Assembly (NCBI GenBank): GCA_038231155.1
Contig: JBBRLY010000012.1
Location: 192,645-256,644 of the forward strand
Direction of reading: 5' to 3'
From: Candidatus Saccharimonadales bacterium
GTDB lineage: Bacteria > Patescibacteriota > Saccharimonadia > Saccharimonadales > JANWIN01
Length of the DNA: 64,000 nucleotides
The notes under the pieces are model-generated. The model ran no database searches, was not told the DNA's origin, and was given only the letters and a program-made list of their open reading frames with translations. The position numbers and the translations under genes are program-made. Within the stretch, counting starts at the first letter, position 1. Each line of letters opens with the position of its first letter. Below, one piece after another: positions 55,063 to 64,000 of the stretch.

Positions 55063-55416
55063 ATGAATAAAAGTACAATAAGAAAACTTATTTTTATCGC
55101 AGCAATGTATATTGGTTTCGTAGTCTTTTTATTCAGTACTAATCCTCAAAACATAGCTGTTGGTTGGTTAATTTTACCGTTTATATGGATGTTTATACTG
55201 TTATTTATATCTAGTTTATTTGTAATTAACTCCTTAAGTAGTGATAATATTGGCTCTAAAAAGCAATTTACAACCGCCATTGTTGTAGCTCTAGTTCCAA
55301 GCCTTATATTAATACTAGACTCAGTCAGTCAACTTACAGAGCGTGACATCTTATTAATATTAGTCTTTGGCTGTATAGCAACTTTTTATGCAATTAGGTT
55401 AAGATCTTATAAATAA
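55063..55416 (+). CDS. small four-TM membrane protein
   Basis: 117 aa, four hydrophobic segments; no family motif recognised. Confidence 0.5.
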   Translation: MNKSTIRKLIFIAAMYIGFVVFLFSTNPQNIAVGWLILPFIWMFILLFISSLFVINSLSSDNIGSKKQFTTAIVVALVPSLILILDSVSQLTERDILLILVFGCIATFYAIRLRSYK

Positions 55417-55467
55417 GCATTTAAACAGTTCATTTGTCAGATAAGCATCTGATATAATATTAAAGAT

Positions 55468-55917
55468 ATGGATGGACAGAATAATGCTTACCAACCTGGC
55501 TTAGATTTGCCGGTACCACCTCGTTCTGAAGAGGTTAAACCAGGTGGCTATCAGCCAGAAAATACCGATAAGCAATTGCCTCAAAAAGCCGAAATCGCAT
55601 CTAAGGATGCCGAGCTACCTCAAACTGGTCAATTGCCGCCGCCTATGACACCGCTACTTACTAATGTCCCAGATGAGCCAGTTAGGTCACCTATGAGCCA
55701 AGCTAGCTCAGATCCAGATATACAAGCTCCACCGATAGATACACCTTCGGTTGCTGAAGATAATGACTTAATTGAACAAGAGTGGGTCAACAAAGCTAAA
55801 GCTATTGTAGAGCGCACTAGAACCGATCCTCATGCTCAAAATAAAGAGATCAATAAAATTAAAGCTGACTATATAAGGAAGCGTTATAACAAAGAAATCA
55901 AAGTTACCGAAGGTTAA
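55468..55917 (+). CDS. Pro-rich protein with conserved helical C-terminus
   Basis: 149 aa; disordered P/Q-rich N-half, helical C-half (QEWVNKAKAIVERTRTDPHAQNKEINKIKADYIRKRY). Confidence 0.45.
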   Translation: MDGQNNAYQPGLDLPVPPRSEEVKPGGYQPENTDKQLPQKAEIASKDAELPQTGQLPPPMTPLLTNVPDEPVRSPMSQASSDPDIQAPPIDTPSVAEDNDLIEQEWVNKAKAIVERTRTDPHAQNKEINKIKADYIRKRYNKEIKVTEG

Positions 55918-55925
55918 GAACTAGC

Positions 55926-58900
55926 ATGATATTGATAATTATTACCATTTTGCTTGCGTTGATATGCGGAGTAGGAACCGTTTTATTTCTACACTCCCGA
56001 AAGCTACTCCGTGAGCAAAAGAACTTTGAGCGTGGACTCAAGATGGTACCTTTACTCATTCATTTACCTCCGCTTAGTGAAGATACTGAGGAAACTGGCC
56101 GTGACGTGCGCGATCTTATTGATGAAAATATATCTAAAGCCCAAATTTTATATAACATTATTGCTAGCACGCTTAAGAAAGGATTTAAGAGCAAGTTTTA
56201 TGGGCAACGTCACTTTGCATTCGAAATTGTAGGCTCAGCTGGTTTGGTGAAATTTTACGCCGCAGTACCTATTGCTCTAGCTGATGTAATTAAACAGGCC
56301 GTTATTAGCGCTTATCCATCAGCTCAGTTGGAAGAAGTTGAGGAGCATAATATCTTTAGTCCAGTTGGTCGCTTAAGCGGAACCGTAGGTGGTGAATTAA
56401 CACTTAAAGAACACTATGCATACCCTATTGCAACCTATCAGGAGCTTAAACGTGATGCAATGCAATCACTATTAAATGCCCTATCTACTTTAGACAAAGA
56501 TGATGGAGCTGGTATCCAAATATTAATTAGGCCGGCAGATCCAAGTTGGCGTAAAGGAGCACAGGCTATAGCGTCAAAAAAACGCAAAGGAGATGATAGC
56601 AAAAAAGGAATTGATGCTTTTATGTGGGGCCTTCGTCAGGCAGGCACGGCTTTAGTTAAGCCCCCTGAGTCTAAATCTGGTGACAAACCGCCGGAGAAAA
56701 AAGAATTGTCTGGTCTGGAACAGTCGGTACTAGATTCTATTGATGATAAAACTCGGCACCCGGCATACGAAGTATTGATAAGAGTCGTGGCTTCTTCTAG
56801 CACTTCACAAAAAGCCCAATCCATTTTAAGCAATGTGGTAGCTGCCTTTGCACTTTTTGATGCTCAGGGCAAAAATGGTTTCAAATACACAGCTTCAAGA
56901 GATATTGAGGAATTTGTGACCGCCTATATTATGCGGTTTTTCCCTCAAGAAAGTAATCAAAATATCTTAAATGCCATAGAACTAGCAACCTTGTTTCATT
57001 TTCCAGATCAAAAGAATATACCTACGTCACAACTGGAGCGGCAGGCTTCCAAACAGGTTGATGGTCCGCGTAATGTTTCGGATGAAGGTCTTTTGCTGGG
57101 CTATAACGTCTTCAGAGGCACCAAAAAGCCAATTAGACTTAATTTAAATGATCGCCGTCGTCATTTATATGCCGTCGGTCAAACTGGTGTTGGTAAATCA
57201 ATCTTTTTAGAAAACTTAGCACTACAGGACATGTTAGAAGGCCGTGGCTTTGCTTTTGTCGATCCTCACGGTGAAACTGTTGAGCGATTGGTATCGATGG
57301 TTCCCAAAGAACGTACTGAAGATGTAATTTATTTTTCACCTGCCGATATGGAATATCCTATGGGACTTAATTTGTTTGAGTTCCACTCCCCAGAGCAAAA
57401 AGACTTTTTAATTCAAGAAGCCATTAATATGCTCTATAAATTGTATGACCCTATGCATCAGGGAATTATAGGACCGCGCTACGAACACTGGTTCCGTAAC
57501 GCAGCTCTAACTGTTATGAGCAACCCAGAAGGTGGCACATTCATAGATATACCTAAGGTATTCACCGACAAGCAATATGAAAATCAACTCAAAAAACATG
57601 TTACTGACCGCACCGTATTGGACTTTTGGGATAGAGAAATGGCTTCTACAAGCGATTATCACAAGAGTGAAGTACTGGGTTGGTTTGTAAGCAAATTCGG
57701 GGCCTTTTTATCTAATGAAATGATGCGAAATATCATTGGTCAAAGTAAAAGTGCCTTTAATTTGCGCAATGTCATGGACGATAAGAAAATATTGCTAGTT
57801 AATCTTAGTAAAGGCCGTACTGGCGAGCTGAACTCCAATCTTCTAGGCATGATATTTATAATGAAGTTTCAAGCAGCAGCTATGAGCCGGGCCGATGTAC
57901 CGGAGGAGCAACGCGAGGATTTTTGTCTATATGTAGATGAGTTTCAGAACTTTTCTACAGATTCATTTGCCACCATACTTTCAGAAGCCCGAAAATATCG
58001 TCTAAATTTAATTGTAGCCAACCAGTTTACTACTCAGCTGACTGATGAAATCCGTGACGCGGTATTCGGTAATGTTGGATCAATTGTAGCCTTCAGGGTA
58101 GGTGCTGATGCTGATGCCGATGCTTTGAGCAAAAAATTTCATCCGATATTTGATAGGGAAGATGTATTAAGACTACCTAACTACAATACGATTACCCAGA
58201 TTTTAATTGGCGGTGTACCGACACAGCCTTTCAGCATGGCCACATTACCGCCCCTAGGTACTCCAAATTCCAAACTAGGCATAGCTTTGAGGCAATTATC
58301 TGCTGCCAAATTTGGCCGTCCGCAGTCAATTGTAGAAACCGAAATTTTTGATCGTATTACTACTAAAGCACCACCTACAAGACCAGCTTATCCCTCGCCT
58401 TATGGTCCAGCGCCGGCAATGGGAGCAGGCAGCGTACCGCCTGCAGCAGCTAGGCCGGCTGCACCAGCTGGCAGTGGATCTTCGTTCCTGGACGAGTGGT
58501 TAGCTAAACGCCGAACGGCACCTGGTCAACAACCGATATCCGGACAGCCTTTAGGAAACCCCGTATCATCGCCATCAAGAGCACCATCAGCGTTTGCCAC
58601 AATGCCGGCTAGTGGTTACAATTCTCCGGCTTTAACCTATGCACCAGCTCAAGCTACCCAGCCAGTACCTAACCGTTCAGCGGCCTCACCATTTACGACT
58701 CCGCCAACGCTAGCTCCAACGCCAGGCTACTCTCCTTTAACTGCCCAATCACTAGCAATACCTCAGCCAAATATGGCTAATATTGCTAGTGCTCCTACTG
58801 TCAAACAAGAACAAACTAATATTGCTGATGAATTGAAAGATATCCTTTCCAATAATGGACAGCCCCAACCCAATTCTGAATCATCAAACCAATATAGTGG

Positions 58901-58976
58901 TGAAATTGACCTCCGTAAAAATGTTTATAATCCAGGTGATACCCCGAGTGTTCCACCTGACCCTAATAATTCATAA
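55926..58976 (+). CDS. VirD4/TraG/TraD-like (type IV coupling protein family) P-loop ATPase with N-terminal TM and Pro-rich tail
   Basis: Walker A GQTGVGKS, FAFVDPHGE, Walker B LYVDEFQNF, ARKYRLNLIVANQ; 1016 aa; low-complexity P/A/S C-terminus. Confidence 0.75.
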   Translation: MILIIITILLALICGVGTVLFLHSRKLLREQKNFERGLKMVPLLIHLPPLSEDTEETGRDVRDLIDENISKAQILYNIIASTLKKGFKSKFYGQRHFAFEIVGSAGLVKFYAAVPIALADVIKQAVISAYPSAQLEEVEEHNIFSPVGRLSGTVGGELTLKEHYAYPIATYQELKRDAMQSLLNALSTLDKDDGAGIQILIRPADPSWRKGAQAIASKKRKGDDSKKGIDAFMWGLRQAGTALVKPPESKSGDKPPEKKELSGLEQSVLDSIDDKTRHPAYEVLIRVVASSSTSQKAQSILSNVVAAFALFDAQGKNGFKYTASRDIEEFVTAYIMRFFPQESNQNILNAIELATLFHFPDQKNIPTSQLERQASKQVDGPRNVSDEGLLLGYNVFRGTKKPIRLNLNDRRRHLYAVGQTGVGKSIFLENLALQDMLEGRGFAFVDPHGETVERLVSMVPKERTEDVIYFSPADMEYPMGLNLFEFHSPEQKDFLIQEAINMLYKLYDPMHQGIIGPRYEHWFRNAALTVMSNPEGGTFIDIPKVFTDKQYENQLKKHVTDRTVLDFWDREMASTSDYHKSEVLGWFVSKFGAFLSNEMMRNIIGQSKSAFNLRNVMDDKKILLVNLSKGRTGELNSNLLGMIFIMKFQAAAMSRADVPEEQREDFCLYVDEFQNFSTDSFATILSEARKYRLNLIVANQFTTQLTDEIRDAVFGNVGSIVAFRVGADADADALSKKFHPIFDREDVLRLPNYNTITQILIGGVPTQPFSMATLPPLGTPNSKLGIALRQLSAAKFGRPQSIVETEIFDRITTKAPPTRPAYPSPYGPAPAMGAGSVPPAAARPAAPAGSGSSFLDEWLAKRRTAPGQQPISGQPLGNPVSSPSRAPSAFATMPASGYNSPALTYAPAQATQPVPNRSAASPFTTPPTLAPTPGYSPLTAQSLAIPQPNMANIASAPTVKQEQTNIADELKDILSNNGQPQPNSESSNQYSGEIDLRKNVYNPGDTPSVPPDPNNS

Positions 58977-58985
58977 AACTAAATT

Positions 58986-59426
58986 TTAAAGATTCACAGG
59001 TTCAGTAGGAAAGCCATTTTTAATTGCCTTAACTATTGCAACTTGGAGTTGTGGTGTACGGAAGTTTAATCTAGCAAAGGCACCAAGCTCGGCCCATAGC
59101 GGCTTATGAACGTTAATATTAACTCTGTTCATAAAACCTTCTTCAGAAGTATCTTCAATAGCTACAGACTTATGAGGCGCTACTTTACATAGAAAAATAT
59201 ACTGCTCGTTATATGGACTTGGGTGTTTTTCGGTATAAACTTGCCGGGCATCTGTAACCTCTAAGCCAGTTTCTTCTTTAACTTCTCGGACTAGAGCTTG
59301 TTCGATAGTCTCTTTATCGTTTACTCGACCACCCACCAAAGTAAAATATTCACTGCCATACTTATTGCGATACATTACCAAAATTTTGCTACCTTCAATG
59401 ATAATTGCTCTGGCTGCTTTATTCAT
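58986..59426 (-). CDS. NUDIX hydrolase
   Basis: Nudix box GGRVNDKETIEQALVREVKEETGLEV. Confidence 0.85.
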   Translation of the reverse strand: MNKAARAIIIEGSKILVMYRNKYGSEYFTLVGGRVNDKETIEQALVREVKEETGLEVTDARQVYTEKHPSPYNEQYIFLCKVAPHKSVAIEDTSEEGFMNRVNINVHKPLWAELGAFARLNFRTPQLQVAIVKAIKNGFPTEPVNL

Positions 59427-59455
59427 GACCCCTAGTATACGATATTTAGAATCTA

Positions 59456-60022
59456 CTAATTGGATGAGCGTCGAATGGCGAACCAGACAAGTTCTAGGAT
59501 TAATCCGACAGCATAGCCGCCGACAAACAAGATAAGTACAATCCAGTAGTTATAAGAAAAACCATAATGCTTAGCACTATAAAGAACCCAACTACTACCT
59601 ATGAGAGCCACAATAGAGCCCGTCAGAATGCCTTTTGGACGGGCTATGGTTTTCTCACCAACTTTGCTAACAGCGTCGACTACAGGTGCGTGTACGATCT
59701 TACTCAAGCCCTTGTCAACTGGAGATAGATGTTTACGAACGCGTCTTAGTCCGCGCTGTAATGCTTCAGTTTTAAGTTCACTACTTACTAAATGATGATC
59801 GGTCGGCTTATTTTCAGTCTCATCAACTTGAGTTTCCTTCTTGCTCTTAGCTCGCTCTTGAGCTTCTCGTTCTAACTTTTCGATGTGATCAGGTTGATGC
59901 TCGACTTTATGTTGATGCTCGACGGATTCTGGTCGGTGCTCATGACGAGATTCTGATTCGGGACGTGGTAGCTGTTCGTGACGTTCATGATGCTCAGAAT
60001 GGTTTGAAAGTTTTTCGCTCAT
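59456..60022 (-). CDS. His/Glu-rich protein with C-terminal TM pair
   Basis: N-terminal HSEHHERHEQ...HEHRPESVEHQHKVEHQPDH low-complexity region, two C-terminal TMs; TAATG overlap with the upstream gene. Confidence 0.5.
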   Translation of the reverse strand: MSEKLSNHSEHHERHEQLPRPESESRHEHRPESVEHQHKVEHQPDHIEKLEREAQERAKSKKETQVDETENKPTDHHLVSSELKTEALQRGLRRVRKHLSPVDKGLSKIVHAPVVDAVSKVGEKTIARPKGILTGSIVALIGSSWVLYSAKHYGFSYNYWIVLILFVGGYAVGLILELVWFAIRRSSN

Positions 60023-61392
60023 TACATTCCTCCACTGGTACTGTAATCATGTCTGACAATAGCCAATTCCTTAGCCATCAGACGGCTTCTAGCTAAAAAG
60101 TAACCCACTATACTAGTCATCACAAAGCTAACAATCAAACCAGTTCCTGGACCGGTGTTAGGCAAACTAGTGGTGGTAACAATTTCGGTAGTTTTTATAA
60201 TTGTAGGTGGTAATTTTATATTTATAGTATTGCCGTAAACGTTAGTCATAATCATATCAAACGAACCACTGTTAGGGCACGGCGAAGCCAGGCTACCAGG
60301 AGGACAAGGCGATGGTGTTTGCGGAACAGGGTCCTTAACCTTAACGTTTATTTCGTGCGTAGTTACACCACCGGCTGGAATAGTCTCTTCCGGCCAAATT
60401 ACTACTTTTGCGCTGGTAAGAGTTGCGCCATGTAAGTTAGTGATGTCGGCGTACTCTAAAACATCTCCCATACTTTCAAAAACTGTAGTTTTAGCACTTA
60501 TTTTAGCGATATTTTGTAATTGCAAAGTATATACAATACTGTCACCGGCATTTGCCGTAGTATTGTTTGCATTCGATATATTCTGTGTAACGTTTTTGGC
60601 TTTTTTACTAGGCACTAAACAATCAGCAACATCATTATCATTTTTAGATTTGGAACAGGGTTTACACTGACTTTTATCAGTTTGTAGACCTGGCACTAAC
60701 GGGCAAACATCTACCGGTACTGGGACAGGCTTTGGTAGAGGTTTAGGTTTGGGTGCTGGCGGAGGTGGTACCGGTTTCGCTACTAATGTTGGCGGAGGGG
60801 TGGGTTTGCCTTTCTGTACTATGTTGCCACAACTAAACAAAATGAATGACTGTACGTCAAAACCGTTACCTACTGAAAGAGCAGTGTAGGTTGACGGAAC
60901 GCGAGCATCCCAACTCGACAAAAGACGCATGTAAAATGGCTGTTGAATACCACTTACATTAACTGTCACCTCATTGGTAGTTCTGTGAGTTGATAAATTG
61001 ACTGGTCCTTGAGGCTGACGACCCATAGAGTATAGTGTGTTACCGAAATCGTTGGAATGAAGCGTTACGACAGCACTGTTGTTAGCCAAGTTAGCACAAG
61101 TAATAGCAAAGTGCTTTAAGATAGTAGCATACTGAAAATCGTCGTGGTTACAATGATCTATTAGTTCAGCTTTGGATGTAACTCCGCCCGGAATAAGATC
61201 ATTTCCAGCGCGGGCTAAAGTCGGTTGAGCTGGCGAAAATACTGCAAATAACTGCAGGAATAAAGTTAATGACACTAGTAAAAACCCCATTCGACGAACA
61301 GAAGTCTCCTTTTTAAGTCTTTGTCCATAAAAAGATACCTGATTAATTAGGCTGGGGTTAAATGGCAGATTGCTAAGTAATTTATTAAACAT
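60022..61392 (-). CDS. LPXTG-type cell-surface protein with Pro-rich linker
   Basis: Signal/TM N-terminus, KPTPPPTLVAKPVPPPPAPKPKPLPKPVPVPV linker, DUF11-like repeat, C-terminal LPNTG plus hydrophobic segment plus basic residues. Confidence 0.7.
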   Translation of the reverse strand: MFNKLLSNLPFNPSLINQVSFYGQRLKKETSVRRMGFLLVSLTLFLQLFAVFSPAQPTLARAGNDLIPGGVTSKAELIDHCNHDDFQYATILKHFAITCANLANNSAVVTLHSNDFGNTLYSMGRQPQGPVNLSTHRTTNEVTVNVSGIQQPFYMRLLSSWDARVPSTYTALSVGNGFDVQSFILFSCGNIVQKGKPTPPPTLVAKPVPPPPAPKPKPLPKPVPVPVDVCPLVPGLQTDKSQCKPCSKSKNDNDVADCLVPSKKAKNVTQNISNANNTTANAGDSIVYTLQLQNIAKISAKTTVFESMGDVLEYADITNLHGATLTSAKVVIWPEETIPAGGVTTHEINVKVKDPVPQTPSPCPPGSLASPCPNSGSFDMIMTNVYGNTINIKLPPTIIKTTEIVTTTSLPNTGPGTGLIVSFVMTSIVGYFLARSRLMAKELAIVRHDYSTSGGM

Positions 61393-61405
61393 ATATATTT
61401 TTTAA

Positions 61406-63511
<2,106 letters not shown>

Positions 63512-63512
63512 T

Positions 63513-64000
63513 ATGGATGATGAAAACATAGATCAACCAGAATTAGAAAATCAGCCACCTGTAGAAATAGTCAAAACTGATCACTCTCGCACTGTTGAAC
63601 TTAAAAGCGTTGAGAATATTATGGAGGATAGCTACCTCCGTTATTCTATGAGTGTAATCGTGGCTCGGGCGCTACCCGATGTACGTGATGGACTTAAACC
63701 AGTTCATCGACGTATTTTGTATACAATGCTTGAAGAAGGTATTCGTCCAGGAGGTAAGTACCGTAAAAGCGCCAATGTTACTGGTACAGTTATGGCTCGC
63801 TATCATCCGCATGGAAATGTGGCCATCTACGACGCAATGGTCAGGTTAGCTCAGGACTGGTCAATGCGATACCCATTAGTTGATGGACAGGGTAACTTTG
63901 GATCCATGGACGGTGATCCGCCAGCTGCTGAGCGTTATACAGAAGCTCGCATGGCTAGAGCAGCCGAAGAACTGTTAGGCGATATTGAGAAAGAAACTGT
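63513..64000 (+). CDS. gyrA: DNA gyrase subunit A (5' fragment, runs off the window)
   Basis: ATG 63513; [31 protein letters not shown] and [24 protein letters not shown]. Confidence 0.95.
   Translation, partial: MDDENIDQPELENQPPVEIVKTDHSRTVELKSVENIMEDSYLRYSMSVIVARALPDVRDGLKPVHRRILYTMLEEGIRPGGKYRKSANVTGTVMARYHPHGNVAIYDAMVRLAQDWSMRYPLVDGQGNFGSMDGDPPAAERYTEARMARAAEELLGDIEKET

Overview
The window reads as a compact, AT-rich, densely coded bacterial genome using the standard code (TGA is a stop). The envelope genes look monoderm. There is a type IV pilus locus with no secretin, an LPXTG protein and a WxL/Csc-like surface cluster. I infer a reduced-genome lineage such as CPR/Patescibacteria (Saccharibacteria-like); that placement is inference only.

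Housekeeping genes I recognise:
- ssb-rpsR, efp, tlyA, ychF, ndk, nrdR
- thrS behind a T-box-like leader
- miaA, rpmB, RNase P RNA (rnpB)
- infC-rpmI-rplT, gyrB, and the 5' part of gyrA
- seven tRNA genes, all with an encoded CCA end

Larger modules:
1. A complete pilM-N-O-B-T-C-A-D locus plus four minor-pilin-like genes (9.2-21.1 kb).
2. An accessory island (about 25-33.2 kb) ending at tRNA-Asp.
3. A secreted-protein cluster (39.7-46.0 kb) resembling WxL/DUF916 cell-surface-complex loci. It ends in a frameshifted Gly-rich fibre gene.
4. An orphan VirD4/TraG-like ATPase (55.9-59.0 kb).

The most unusual signal is in the island. At least nine direct repeats of 38-39 nt copy the 3' end of tRNA-Asp plus its 3' flank. 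They fall into two classes that strictly alternate, and they delimit one- or two-gene cassettes. Cargo includes tiny membrane proteins, a family of small acidic paralogs, a Spo0M-like protein, an iron-permease-like protein and a UmuC-like polymerase/SRAP pair. No integrase lies inside the array.

Other points worth a second look:
- a 1.66 kb ORF-free, hairpin-rich region (53.4-55.06 kb), including a roughly 200 nt structured leader or sRNA
- a candidate ncRNA between tRNA-Val and nrdR
- a recurrent extended -10 promoter motif (CTTATGCTATAAT) placed 6-10 nt from start codons, which implies leaderless mRNAs
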